Positions 27,479 to 36,760 of a stretch of 64,000 bases of DNA are shown here, piece after piece (positions within the stretch are counted from its first letter, which is position 1; each line of letters starts with the position of its first letter). The DNA is taken from positions 640,001 to 704,000 of the forward strand of contig CAVXJS010000021.1 of NCBI GenBank assembly GCA_963762145.1, written 5' to 3'. The stretch comes from an uncultured Candidatus Rokubacteria bacterium (GTDB lineage: Bacteria > Methylomirabilota > Methylomirabilia > Rokubacteriales > CSP1-6). The notes below the pieces were generated by a model that saw nothing but the letters and a program-made list of their open reading frames with translations, had not been told where the DNA came from and searched no databases. The translations under genes and the position numbers were made by a program.

Positions 27479-27508
27479 TTGACCGCGACGCGCGCGTTGA
27501 TGTAGATT
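27479..27508 (+). promoter_or_regulatory. Sigma70-type promoter for a leaderless transcript
   Basis: TTGACC-N18-TAGATT, 7 nt before the ATG at 27516, with no SD. Confidence 0.6.
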
Positions 27509-27515
27509 CGGCCGC

Positions 27516-27713
27516 ATGAAAAGCAAGAGCGGTTCCAAGAAGAGCAAGACGTCGTCCGCGCGCGCCAAGACCAAGCCGGCCAAGAAGCCGGCCGCGAAGG
27601 CGCCCGCCAAGAGCACCGCCTCGAAGGCCGCCCCCGCGGCGCCCCGCCCCGCCCCCTACACCCCGAAGCCGATCGAGGGGATGGGCTGGGCCCCCTTCCG
27701 CTACTCGCGCTAA
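27516..27713 (+). CDS. Small Lys/Ala/Pro-rich basic protein (histone H1-like composition)
   Basis: KTKPAKKPAAKAPAK repeats with an aromatic C-terminal tail GMGWAPFRY; promoter upstream. Confidence 0.7.
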   Translation: MKSKSGSKKSKTSSARAKTKPAKKPAAKAPAKSTASKAAPAAPRPAPYTPKPIEGMGWAPFRYSR

Positions 27714-27718
27714 CCCCC

Positions 27719-28468
27719 CTGGTCCGGGGGGCCGCGCTCGGGGCGCTCCTGCTGCTGCTGACCGGGGGCTGCGCGGTATTCGAGCGGGCTGGTCAAAGCT
27801 GGTGGGAGCTGCGGCGCGACTCCTCCGGGCAGGCTCCGGATCCCGCCGACTCCCGGGACGCCATCGTCCAGGTCTATGCGGCCCGGACGGTGGGATGGCG
27901 GGGCGTGATGGCGGTCCACAGCTGGATCTCGGTCAAGCCAAGCGGCGCGGACTCTTACACCCGCTACGAGGTCATGGGCTGGGGGGTCGGCGACGGAGCG
28001 CCGTCGGTCCGGGTCAACCGGAGCGGGCCGGACAACTACTGGTTCGGGAGCCGGCCGGAGCGGCTGGTGGACCGGCGGGGCGAGGGCGTTGACGAGCTGA
28101 TCACCCGGATCCAGGCCGCGGTGGAGGCCTACCCCTACCCGACCAGTTACCGCACGTGGCCCGGGCCCAACAGCAACACCTTCATCGCCTACCTGGGGCG
28201 GGCCGTGCCGGAGCTCCGGATCGACCTGCCCGCCACCGCCATCGGCAAGGACTTCATCCCCGGCGGGATGCCGGTGGCCATGAGCCCCAGCGGCACTGGG
28301 GTGCAGCTCTCCCTCTTCGGGCTGCTGGGGGTGCTGGCCGGCGTGGAGGAGGGGGTTGAGCTGAACGTGCTGAGCCTGACCTTCGGGGTGGACGTCAAGC
28401 GGCCGGCGCTGAAGCTGCCGATCGTGGGGCGGATCGGGTTCAGCCAGCTCCCGGACCCTGCGAGATAG
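27719..28468 (+). CDS. DUF3750 domain lipoprotein
   Basis: VQVYAARTVGWRG..AVHSW, YRTWPGPNSNTF, LPATAIGKD. The frame stays open upstream of the listed ORF to a lipobox-like LLLTGGC; CTG start assumed. Confidence 0.82.
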   Translation: MVRGAALGALLLLLTGGCAVFERAGQSWWELRRDSSGQAPDPADSRDAIVQVYAARTVGWRGVMAVHSWISVKPSGADSYTRYEVMGWGVGDGAPSVRVNRSGPDNYWFGSRPERLVDRRGEGVDELITRIQAAVEAYPYPTSYRTWPGPNSNTFIAYLGRAVPELRIDLPATAIGKDFIPGGMPVAMSPSGTGVQLSLFGLLGVLAGVEEGVELNVLSLTFGVDVKRPALKLPIVGRIGFSQLPDPAR

Positions 28469-29546
28469 TCTCCCAGCCGGCCTCGGCCAAGGGCCGCGCC
28501 CGCTCCCCCCGCGAGCGCGCGTTGGGATCGTTCGCGGTGCCGGCGATCACGCGGCCCATGATCCCCTGGGCGATCGCGGCCAGACGGAACATCGCGAAGG
28601 CCAGATAGAACTCCCAGTCGGGAATGCTCGAGCGGCCGGTCCGCCGGCAATAGGCCGCCACGTAGTCCGCCTCGGTCGGCAGCCCCAGCTCGGCGAGGTT
28701 GGCGCCGAGCACGCCGCCCAGGGTGCTGGGGGCGAGGCGGTAGGGCATGCAGTTGTAGGCCAGGTCGGCCAGAGGGCTGCCCAGCGTGGACAGCTCCCAG
28801 TCGAGCACCGCCACCACCCGCGGCTCCGTCGGGTGGACGATGAGGTTGCCGGGCCGGAAATCCCCGTGGACGATCGTGGGCTGCTCCTCCGCGGGCACGT
28901 GCTCGGGCAGCCAGGCGATCAGCCGCTCCATGGCCTCGATCGGCTCCGTCTCCGAGGCGCGGTACTGGGTCGTCCAGCGATGGATCTGGCGGGCGAAGTA
29001 ACTGCCGGGCCGGCCGTAGTCGGTGAGCCCGGCGGCCTGGAGGTCCACCGTGTGCAGGCGCGCGAGCACGTCGTTCATCGAGTTGTAGATGCGCCCGCGA
29101 TCGCCCGGACTCAGGCCGGGCAGCAGCGGATCGGCCATGACCCGCCCCGCCACCCACTCCATGATGAAGAACGCGGTGCCGATCACCGTGTCGTCCTCGC
29201 AGAGGGCGTAGGTGCGCGGCACCGGGACCGGGGTGCGGGCCAGCGCGGTGATGATGCGGTACTCGCGCTCGACGGCGTGGGCGGAGGGCAGGAGCTTGCC
29301 CGGCGGCTTGCGGCGCAGCACGTACTCGCCGCCCGGCGAGCTCAGGCGATAGGTCGGGTTGGACTGCCCGCCCTGGAACTGGCTCACGGTGACGGGCCCC
29401 TTGAAGCCCAGCACGTGCTCCATCATGTACCGCTCGAGCGCGACGACGTCGAAGCGATGCGTCTCGCGCACCGGCACGGTGTCGGCGGTCGAGGTGACAT
29501 CGGGAGTCGGGCGCGCGCGGTCCTGGGCGTCCATCGAAGGCTCCAT
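28440..29546 (-). CDS. Phosphotransferase (APH/ACAD10-like kinase domain)
   Basis: GGQSNPTY, RRKPPGKLLPSAHAVEREY, VHGDFRPGN, VLDWELSTLG. Confidence 0.92.
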   Translation of the reverse strand: MEPSMDAQDRARPTPDVTSTADTVPVRETHRFDVVALERYMMEHVLGFKGPVTVSQFQGGQSNPTYRLSSPGGEYVLRRKPPGKLLPSAHAVEREYRIITALARTPVPVPRTYALCEDDTVIGTAFFIMEWVAGRVMADPLLPGLSPGDRGRIYNSMNDVLARLHTVDLQAAGLTDYGRPGSYFARQIHRWTTQYRASETEPIEAMERLIAWLPEHVPAEEQPTIVHGDFRPGNLIVHPTEPRVVAVLDWELSTLGSPLADLAYNCMPYRLAPSTLGGVLGANLAELGLPTEADYVAAYCRRTGRSSIPDWEFYLAFAMFRLAAIAQGIMGRVIAGTANDPNARSRGERARPLAEAGWETISQGPGAG

Positions 29547-29582
29547 GGGCGAACGAGTCCGGATTATTACACGACCGGGCGG

Positions 29583-30833
29583 TCAGGGCGTCGCGGGAGT
29601 TGACGACGGCGGCGGCTCGAGCGGCGCCGGATACCAGCGCCGCCACGCCCCGGTGAGCGCCAGGATCAGCACGAGCCCGGCCCCGCCGCCCACCGCGCAC
29701 GCCCAGGAGACGCCCCAGTGCTCGGCCAGCGTGCCCATGATCAGCGCCCCGAACGGCGTCATTCCCGCGAAGACCAGCGCGTAGAGGCCCATCACGCGCC
29801 CCCGCAGCTCGTCGGGCACCGCGATCTGGACGGTGGTGTTGCAGCTCGTCATGAAGACGATCTGCGCGAAGCCGAGCGCCATCAGGACCGCCGCGGTCGC
29901 GCTGAAGTGGCGCGCGGCGGAGAGCAGGAGCAGCAGCGACGCCGCGGCCACCGCGGGGCCCACCACCATGCCGAGTGGCGGGCGCCCGGAGGACAGGACC
30001 GCCACCGCGAGCGAGCCCGCCACCGCGCCCAGGCCGAGCGAGGCCATCAGCAGGCCGAAGCCGTGCGCGCCCTCCTGCAGCACGTCGCGGGCGATCAGGG
30101 GCACGAGCACGTTCATGTTGACCACGAAGAGGCTCACCGCCACGAGCAGGCTCATCACGAGCGCGACGCGGGGCGTGCCCGCCGCGTAGCGCAGCCCTTC
30201 CGCGATCTCGGCCCGGAGGCCGAGGCCCCGCCGCGGGCTCGGGGTGCCCTCGGTGCGGATGGCCGCGAGGGCGCCGATCACCGCGATGAAGCTGAGGCCG
30301 TTCATCACGAAGGCGGCCGCGGTCCCATAGCGCGCTACCAGGAGGCCCGACACCGCGGGGCCGACCACGCGGGCGCCATTGAACACCGCCGAGTTCAGCG
30401 CGATCGCGTTCATGAGATCGCCGCGGGGCACCAGGTGCGCGACGTAGGCCTGGCGCGACGGCATGTCGAGCGTGGTGGCGAGGCCGTAGAGGGCGGCCAG
30501 CACCGCCACGTGCCAGAACTGCACGTGGCCGCTCCAGACCAGGGCCGCCAGCGTGAAGGCCTGCACCATGAGCGCGGTCTGGGTGCCGAGGAGCAGCCGC
30601 CGCTTGCGCACCCGATCGCTGATCGCGCCGGACAGGAACGAGAAGAGGAGGATGGGACCGAACTGGAGCGCGCCGATCAGGCCGAGCCGGAACGGAGAGT
30701 TCGTCAGCTCGAGCACGAGCCACGATTGCCCCACGCTCTGCATCCACGTGCCGATGAGGGAGACGAGCTGTCCGCACCAGAACAGGCGGAAATCCCGGTG
30801 GCCGAGGGCACGCAGCCCGGCGGGAAGGACCAT
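29583..30833 (-). CDS. MFS transporter (DUF894/MFS_3-like)
   Basis: FRLFWCGQLVSLIGTWMQ, NAIALNS, PDELRGRVMG; many TM segments. Confidence 0.92.
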   Translation of the reverse strand: MVLPAGLRALGHRDFRLFWCGQLVSLIGTWMQSVGQSWLVLELTNSPFRLGLIGALQFGPILLFSFLSGAISDRVRKRRLLLGTQTALMVQAFTLAALVWSGHVQFWHVAVLAALYGLATTLDMPSRQAYVAHLVPRGDLMNAIALNSAVFNGARVVGPAVSGLLVARYGTAAAFVMNGLSFIAVIGALAAIRTEGTPSPRRGLGLRAEIAEGLRYAAGTPRVALVMSLLVAVSLFVVNMNVLVPLIARDVLQEGAHGFGLLMASLGLGAVAGSLAVAVLSSGRPPLGMVVGPAVAAASLLLLLSAARHFSATAAVLMALGFAQIVFMTSCNTTVQIAVPDELRGRVMGLYALVFAGMTPFGALIMGTLAEHWGVSWACAVGGGAGLVLILALTGAWRRWYPAPLEPPPSSTPATP

Positions 30834-30848
30834 TCGCTATACTGTGCC

Positions 30849-31523
30849 ATGCCTCTCGCTCGTCTGCTCACGGGTGCCCCGGTCGTGCTCGGCATCGCGC
30901 TCGGCCTCGTGGCCGGGCTCGCGTGGGTGGGCGCGGCGCCGTCGAGCCCGGGCGCGAGTCCGGCGCCGCACGGGCTCGTGCAGGGCGGCGGCCCGGGCCT
31001 CGCGGGGCAGTTCCTCGTCGCCACCGAGGCGCTGCGCGCGCCCGCCTTCGCGCGCACCGTCATCTACATGGTCCGCGACGACGCGAGTGGCGCGATGGGG
31101 CTGGTCGTCAACCGGCCCGTGCGCGACGTGCCGGTAGCGTCCCTCCTCCGCCAGTTCGGCCTCGACGATCGTGGGGTCACCGCCAGCGTGCGCGCCCACT
31201 ACGGCGGGCCGGTCGAGCGCGGGCAGGGCTTCATGCTGCACACCGGCGAGTACACCACACAGGGCACCGAGCGCATTGCGGGCGACATCGCGCTGACGCC
31301 GACGCCCGGCGTGCTCACCGCGCTGCGCGACATCGCCAGCGGCACGGGGCCGCGGCTGTCGCTCTTCGCGGTGGGCTACGCGGGCTGGGCGCCGGGCCAG
31401 CTCGCGGGCGAGATCGAGCAGGGCGCCTGGATCACGGTGCTCGCCGACGAGGCTCTCCTCTTCGACGACGACCACGCGAGCAAGTGGGACCGCGCCACCG
31501 CCCGCCGCCGCATCAACATCTGA
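30849..31523 (+). CDS. YqgE/AlgH family protein with an N-terminal hydrophobic extension
   Basis: GQFLVA, FARTVIYM, GAMGLVVNRP, YGGPVE, GYAGWAPGQL..EI..GAW. Confidence 0.9.
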   Translation: MPLARLLTGAPVVLGIALGLVAGLAWVGAAPSSPGASPAPHGLVQGGGPGLAGQFLVATEALRAPAFARTVIYMVRDDASGAMGLVVNRPVRDVPVASLLRQFGLDDRGVTASVRAHYGGPVERGQGFMLHTGEYTTQGTERIAGDIALTPTPGVLTALRDIASGTGPRLSLFAVGYAGWAPGQLAGEIEQGAWITVLADEALLFDDDHASKWDRATARRRINI

Positions 31524-31529
31524 TCGGGC

Positions 31530-31574
31530 TCAGGTCTTACATTCCGACAATGTGTGAATGTAAGACCTGACCCC
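31530..31574. repeat. Second palindromic repeat family (TCAGGTCTTACATTC...GAATGTAAGACCTGACCCC)
   Basis: 15-bp perfect inverted repeat with an 11-nt loop between convergent genes; same arms as 56983-57063. Confidence 0.85.
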
Positions 31575-31592
31575 ATCTAGTGCTGACCCCAA

Positions 31593-33200
31593 CTAATGCG
31601 CGTTGCCGGCGGTATACGTCGGGGCGGGGAGGCCTTCGATCGCGACGTTGACGATGGCGGGGAGGCCGGCGCGGAGCGCGCGATCGAGGGCGGGCTCGAG
31701 GTCCTCCGCGCGCTCGACGTGCTCGCCGTGGGCGCCGAGCCCGGCCGCGAGCTGGTCGTAGCGCGAGGCTGCGAGCTCGCAGCCCACCGTGCGATCGGCG
31801 CCGTAGTGCTGGATCTGGAGCTGGTGCTCCGCGTTCCAGCGCGCGTCGTTGCCGATCACGGTCACCACCGGCAGGCGGTAGCGCGCCGCGGTGTCGAGCT
31901 CGAAGGCGTGGAAGCCGAAGGTGCCGTCGCCCAGCACCGCGAACACGGGGCGATCGGGATGACGGAGCCGGGCCGCGATCGCCATCGGGATCGCGCTGCC
32001 GATGGAGCCCGCCGGGCCATTGATGAGGCGTGTCTCCGCCTCGAGGCCCGCCTGCACCCACTGCCCGAATTCGCCCCCGTCGGCGACCAAGATCGCGCCC
32101 CGATCGAGGTGGGGCTGGAGCGCCGCGCAGACCCGGAGCGGGTGGATCGGCGTCCGCGCCGACCGGCGCGCCTCGGCCCACGGCGCCGGCACCGTCGCCC
32201 GCGCGCGCATCACCTCGTCGCCCCACGCGCGGTGATCCCAGGCCCGCCCGCGCGCGGCCGTCGCGAGCTGGTCGGCCACCGCCGCCGGATCGGCCACGAT
32301 GCCGAGCGCGGCGCCTGCGCGCAGCGAGGCCGCGTCGGCATCCACCTGGATCACGCGGCAGCCCGCCGCGACCGCGGGCGGCTGCGCGAAGCGCACCACG
32401 AAGTCGGGCTTCTTGCCCAGCAGCACGAGCAGGTCGGCCTGCCCGAGCAGCGGCGCGGCCAGGTGTAGCCACGGGTCGTTGAAGCCGCGCGGGCTCTCCA
32501 TGGGCAGCGCGGGCACGCCGGTGGCCAGGCTGAGCCGCCCGACCGCCTCGCGCCGCGGCCCGCGCGCCATCGCGCCGCCCAGCAGGATGACGGGCCGCCG
32601 AGCGGCCGCGAGCAGCGCCAGCGCCTGCTCCACCTCCGCGGCGGTGGCCGCCCCCGGCGCGTCGCGGCGCGCCGTCCGCGCGACGTCGCCCGCGGCCACC
32701 TTGGCCTCGAGCAGGTCGCCGGGCAGGCTCACGTGCACGGGCCCGGGGCGCCCGCTCCGCGCCAGCTCGAGCGCGGTCGCGATGTCCTCGCCCAGTCGCG
32801 CCGCGTCCTTGGCCATCCACGAGGCCTTGCAGACCGGCGCGGCCACCGCGGCCTGGTCCATCTCCTGGAAGGCGCCGCGCCCGAGCTGCGCGGTGGGCGC
32901 GTGCCCGCTCAGCAGCACCACCGGCGACTCGGCCATCAGCGCGCCGTAGAGCGCCGAGATCGCGTTGCAGTGGCCGGGCCCCGCGGTGACGAGGGCCACG
33001 CCCGGCTGCTCGGTGAGCCGTCCCCACGCGTCCGCCATGTGCACCGCCGCCGCCTCGTGCCGCGTGTGCAGGATCGAGAGGCCGCTGCCGAGGCTCGCGT
33101 CGTAGAGCGAGAGGATCTGGTTGCCCGAGAGCGAGAAGAGGTGCCGGACGCCGGCGGCGGCCAGCGCCTCCACGACCAGGTGCGCGCCGGTCCGGGTCAC
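31593..33200 (-). CDS. Thiamine diphosphate-dependent enzyme (acetolactate synthase-like)
   Basis: [28 protein letters not shown], ThDP motif GDGTFG...GND. Confidence 0.92.
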   Translation of the reverse strand: MTRTGAHLVVEALAAAGVRHLFSLSGNQILSLYDASLGSGLSILHTRHEAAAVHMADAWGRLTEQPGVALVTAGPGHCNAISALYGALMAESPVVLLSGHAPTAQLGRGAFQEMDQAAVAAPVCKASWMAKDAARLGEDIATALELARSGRPGPVHVSLPGDLLEAKVAAGDVARTARRDAPGAATAAEVEQALALLAAARRPVILLGGAMARGPRREAVGRLSLATGVPALPMESPRGFNDPWLHLAAPLLGQADLLVLLGKKPDFVVRFAQPPAVAAGCRVIQVDADAASLRAGAALGIVADPAAVADQLATAARGRAWDHRAWGDEVMRARATVPAPWAEARRSARTPIHPLRVCAALQPHLDRGAILVADGGEFGQWVQAGLEAETRLINGPAGSIGSAIPMAIAARLRHPDRPVFAVLGDGTFGFHAFELDTAARYRLPVVTVIGNDARWNAEHQLQIQHYGADRTVGCELAASRYDQLAAGLGAHGEHVERAEDLEPALDRALRAGLPAIVNVAIEGLPAPTYTAGNAH

Positions 33201-33207
33201 GCCGGCC

Positions 33208-34269
33208 TCACTGCACCCGGCCGCGCGCGGCCACCGGCCATACCACCTCGACCTGCCCCTTCCGCACCCCGTAGATCTCGTCCACCATGTTGGTGACCAC
33301 GCAGCAGTGGTTGGGGACCACGTTGACCACCTCGCCCACCTTCGGCCGCTCCGCGCAGCCGGCGAAGTCCACCACCGCGTGCTCCTCGGAGAGGTGGGCC
33401 ACCTGCGCCTCCGGGTACTCCATGACGTGGCCGTAGCCCTTCATGTGGTAGAGATCCGAGGTGAGCACCTTGCTCCCCGCGTCGAGGACGCCGCGGTCGG
33501 CGGTCGGCCGGCTCACCACGGTCGCGCGCACGTGCATCGCGCACTGCTCCCACGTGGCGGTGCCGGTCGACACCACCATCGCGTCGTTGTAGACGCAGGT
33601 GCCCGCGCGATGCTCGGTGAGCATCGGGAAGCGGTCGACCGTGGCGAGGGCCGGCGTGCCTCCGCCCGAGACCACCGGCACCGCGATGCCCGCCTGCTTG
33701 AACAGGGCGAGCGCCCGCTCGAAGAACTCGCGGGTATCGGGATCGCGATTGGGGAAGGTCATCAGTCCCTTGAACTGCAGGCCCGGGAGCGCCATCGCGG
33801 TGCGGGCCAGCGCGAAGGCCTCGTCCGGCGACTGCACGCCGGTGCGCTTGAAGCCGGTGTCGCACTCGACGAGGAACTCGAGGTCCACGTGGTCGCGCGC
33901 GGCGGCCGCGGAGAGCTCGCGGGCCACCACCTCGTTGTCGAACACCACCGCGAGCCGCCGCACCCGCCGCGCGAGGGCGGTCAGCCGCTCGGTCTTGGCC
34001 GCGCCGAGGATGTTGTACGTCAGCAGCACGTCGTCGGCCACCTTGGCGTCGGCGAAGACCTCCACCTCGCCCAGCTTCTGGCAGGTGATGCCGACCGCGC
34101 CCGCCGCCATCTGCATCTGGCCGATGGCCGGGATCTTGTGCGTCTTGATGTGCGGTCGGTTGCCGAGCCCGTGCCGGGCCAGGTGCGCCTGCACGCGGCG
34201 GATGTTGTCCGCCATCACGTCCAGGTGGATCGTCACGGCGGGCGTCTCGAGCGCGGTGATCGCGGTCAT
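33208..34269 (-). CDS. D-threonine aldolase / DSD1-like fold-type III PLP enzyme
   Basis: RPHIKTHK, VECDTGFKRTG, SGGGTP, DAGSKVLTSD, LSEEH, PNHCC. Confidence 0.9.
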   Translation of the reverse strand: MTAITALETPAVTIHLDVMADNIRRVQAHLARHGLGNRPHIKTHKIPAIGQMQMAAGAVGITCQKLGEVEVFADAKVADDVLLTYNILGAAKTERLTALARRVRRLAVVFDNEVVARELSAAAARDHVDLEFLVECDTGFKRTGVQSPDEAFALARTAMALPGLQFKGLMTFPNRDPDTREFFERALALFKQAGIAVPVVSGGGTPALATVDRFPMLTEHRAGTCVYNDAMVVSTGTATWEQCAMHVRATVVSRPTADRGVLDAGSKVLTSDLYHMKGYGHVMEYPEAQVAHLSEEHAVVDFAGCAERPKVGEVVNVVPNHCCVVTNMVDEIYGVRKGQVEVVWPVAARGRVQ

Positions 34270-35081
34270 GGGTCTCTCCTCAGTTTGCGCTTCCATAGCT
34301 CCCACGGGCGGGCGACGGTGCCCGCGACGGACGCCTCGGCCCGCGTCGCTTCCTCCGGGCTCAGATACGTGACCCCGCCGCCCAGACCCAGCGCCTGGGC
34401 CTGCAGGCGCGCGTTGACCTCGGTGTAGACGCTCCGGAACACCACGAGGGGTAGGCCGCTCGCCACCGTGACCGCGCCGTGGCCGCGCATCAGGACCACC
34501 GCGCGCGGGCCCAGGGTCTGGGCGAGCGTGCGCCCGAGGGCCGGCGTGCGCACCAGCATGTCGGTGTCGCTCCCCGCGGCGGCGCGGATGTCCCAGACCG
34601 GCGCGCCGTCGGCGAGAAACGCGCTCATGTGGAAGAGCGGCCGCAGCGCGACGCCGGTGACCCCGAACGGGATCACCGAGGGGGAGTGGCTGTGCACGAC
34701 CGCCTGCACGTCGGGCCGCGCCTGGTAGATCTCGCCGTGGATGAAGCGCTCCAGGTAGCTCGTGCGCCCGCGCGGATCGACCGGCTCGCTGTCGAGGCCA
34801 TACTCCATGATGTCGGCCGCGGTCACCAGCTCGGGCGCCAGCGAGCGCGACATGAGGAAGCGCGCGGGATCGCGATCGTGCCGCGCGCTCACGTGCCCGT
34901 AGCCGTCGAGGACGCCCTGGTCCGCCAGGATGCGGTTGGCCGCGACGAGATCCTCGAGGAGCTGCGCGGCCGGCGGGCCCGCCGACGCGGTCTGGGCCTC
35001 GAGTGGGGGCGTCCGGTGGAGCGCGGCCACGAGCGCGGCGGCGCTTCCGGCCAGGACGTGTCGTCGGCTCAGGCGGAGCAT
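34266..35081 (-). CDS. Class II aldolase/adducin family protein with a predicted Tat signal
   Basis: SRRHVL signal; GYGHVSAR, ERFIHGEIY, VHSHS, LMRGHG metal ligands. Confidence 0.9.
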   Translation of the reverse strand: MLRLSRRHVLAGSAAALVAALHRTPPLEAQTASAGPPAAQLLEDLVAANRILADQGVLDGYGHVSARHDRDPARFLMSRSLAPELVTAADIMEYGLDSEPVDPRGRTSYLERFIHGEIYQARPDVQAVVHSHSPSVIPFGVTGVALRPLFHMSAFLADGAPVWDIRAAAGSDTDMLVRTPALGRTLAQTLGPRAVVLMRGHGAVTVASGLPLVVFRSVYTEVNARLQAQALGLGGGVTYLSPEEATRAEASVAGTVARPWELWKRKLRRDP

Positions 35082-35087
35082 GCTTGG

Positions 35088-35447
35088 CTAGGGCGCCGAG
35101 ACGGTCTGCGCGCCGCTGCTCGAGGTCACGGTGAACGACGCGTCGCCCTGGCGCGCGTAGGCGTACGCGGACCAGCCGGGCGGCGGCGCCGGGATCGAGC
35201 CGAGCATGGGGCCGCACGGAGCGCCGGCCACCACGGTCTGGGTGGTCAGCGCCTCGAGCGACTCGGGCAGCGTCCCGCCGCAGCTCGCGCGATAGGTGTT
35301 GACCGCGGTCGCGAGGGCCTGCGCGTCGGTGCGGGCCTTGGTGGCGCGCGCCATCGGCAGGTCCTCGCGCACCATCTTCTCCTCCCGCTCGCACGCGCAG
35401 AGCAGCAGCGCCAGTCCCGCCACGCCCATCACTCTGCGGATGTCCAC
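35088..35447 (-). CDS. Lipoprotein with a GspG/pilin-like globular segment
   Basis: Lipobox LCAC; ARATKARTDAQALATAVNTYR...LPESLEAL...PPPGWSAYAY. Confidence 0.65.
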   Translation of the reverse strand: MDIRRVMGVAGLALLLCACEREEKMVREDLPMARATKARTDAQALATAVNTYRASCGGTLPESLEALTTQTVVAGAPCGPMLGSIPAPPPGWSAYAYARQGDASFTVTSSSGAQTVSAP

Positions 35448-35556
35448 GCCCGTCCTTTCCCGGTGAGAAAATCCGACGCGCCAGGTGAATTGTGACAGAA
35501 TCATACGCCGCCCGACCGTATTCAGCCAAGCCACCCTCACCGACAAGGAGAGCGCG

Positions 35557-35904
35557 ATGAGCGTCAAGCGTCACGGCGTGGGACCCCGACTGAGTCAGGC
35601 CGTCGTCCACGGCAACACCGTCTACCTGGCCGGCCTCGTGGCCGGCGATCCGTCGGCCGACGCCAAGGGCCAGACCGAGCAGATCTTGAAGAAGATCGAC
35701 GACCTCCTGGCCGCGACCGGCAGCCACAAGTCCAAGCTGCTGTCCGCCACGATCTACGTCGCCAGCATGGCCCTCTACAACGACATGAACGCGGCGTGGG
35801 ACGCCTGGGTGGACCCGGCCAATACCCCGGCCCGCGCCACCGTGGAGGCGCGGCTGGCCTCGCCGAAGTACGTGGTCGAGATCATGGTCACGGCCGCGAT
35901 CTGA
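35557..35904 (+). CDS. RidA/YjgF family protein (YoaB-like)
   Basis: RLSQAVVH, VYLAG, MNAAWDAWV, PARATVEARLA, VEIMVTAA; AAGGAG SD. Confidence 0.93.
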   Translation: MSVKRHGVGPRLSQAVVHGNTVYLAGLVAGDPSADAKGQTEQILKKIDDLLAATGSHKSKLLSATIYVASMALYNDMNAAWDAWVDPANTPARATVEARLASPKYVVEIMVTAAI

Positions 35905-35912
35905 GGGATCCG

Positions 35913-36704
35913 GTGGCCGCGCCCCGCTTCGGCCAGCCACGCTTCGAGGGCAAGACCGCGCTGATCACCGGGGCGGCCGGCGGCATCGGCCGCGCCGCCG
36001 CGGTGCGCTTCGCCGCCGAGGGCGCGCGGATCGGGCTGGTGGACGTCTCGCGCGAGGGCCTGCGCGAGTCCCTCGCCGCCGTCGAGAAGGCGGGCGGCAC
36101 CGGGCTCACCGTCGAGGCCGACGTGACCCGGGCCGCCGACGTCGCACGTTACGCGGCGGCGGTCGCCGAGCGCTTCGGCGGCATCGACTACTTCTTCAAC
36201 AACGCGGGCATCCTGGGCGCGGTGCGCCCGCTGGTGGAGTATCCGGAGGACGTCTTCGACCGGGTGCTCGCGATCAACGTCAAGGGTGTCTGGCTCGGCA
36301 TCAAGACGGTGGCGCCGCTGCTCCGCGCGCGGGGCGGCGGCGTCATCGTCAACACCGCGTCCATCGCGGGCCTGCGAGGCTCGCGCAACCTGGTGGCCTA
36401 CACCGCCAGCAAGCACGCGGTGGTCGGCATCACCAAGAGCGCCGCCCTCGAGCTGGCCGCCGACCGCATCCGGGTCAACGCGGTCTGCCCGGCCCCGATC
36501 GAGACCGACATGGTGCGGCAGCTCGAGGAAAGCGCCAATCCCGCGAATCCGGCCGCCTTCCACGATCGCATGGCCGGCGTGATCCCGATGAGGCGCTACG
36601 GCACGCCGGACGAGGTGGCGGCGCTGGTGACCTTCCTGTGCAGCGCCGATGCCGCCTACATCACCGGCGCGATCTATCCCGTCGACGGCGGGTCGATGGC
36701 GTAG
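35913..36704 (+). CDS. Short-chain dehydrogenase/reductase
   Basis: TGAAGGIG, NNAG, YTASK, IRVNAVCP, VDGG. Confidence 0.93.
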   Translation: MAAPRFGQPRFEGKTALITGAAGGIGRAAAVRFAAEGARIGLVDVSREGLRESLAAVEKAGGTGLTVEADVTRAADVARYAAAVAERFGGIDYFFNNAGILGAVRPLVEYPEDVFDRVLAINVKGVWLGIKTVAPLLRARGGGVIVNTASIAGLRGSRNLVAYTASKHAVVGITKSAALELAADRIRVNAVCPAPIETDMVRQLEESANPANPAAFHDRMAGVIPMRRYGTPDEVAALVTFLCSADAAYITGAIYPVDGGSMA

Positions 36705-36718
36705 CCGCTCACCGTGGA

Positions 36719-36753
36719 CCCCTCACCCTGCCCTCTCCCCAGGGGGGAGAGGG
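36719..36753. repeat. REP-like palindrome between convergent genes
   Basis: cccctcaccctgccctctcccc-agg-ggggagaggg. Confidence 0.88.
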
Positions 36754-36760
36754 AGAGAGG

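Noticed and set aside
35464-35497. TGTCACA motif on the minus strand as an ECF41-type promoter
   Set aside because: The spacing to CGTC is 12 nt rather than about 16, so it is not supported.
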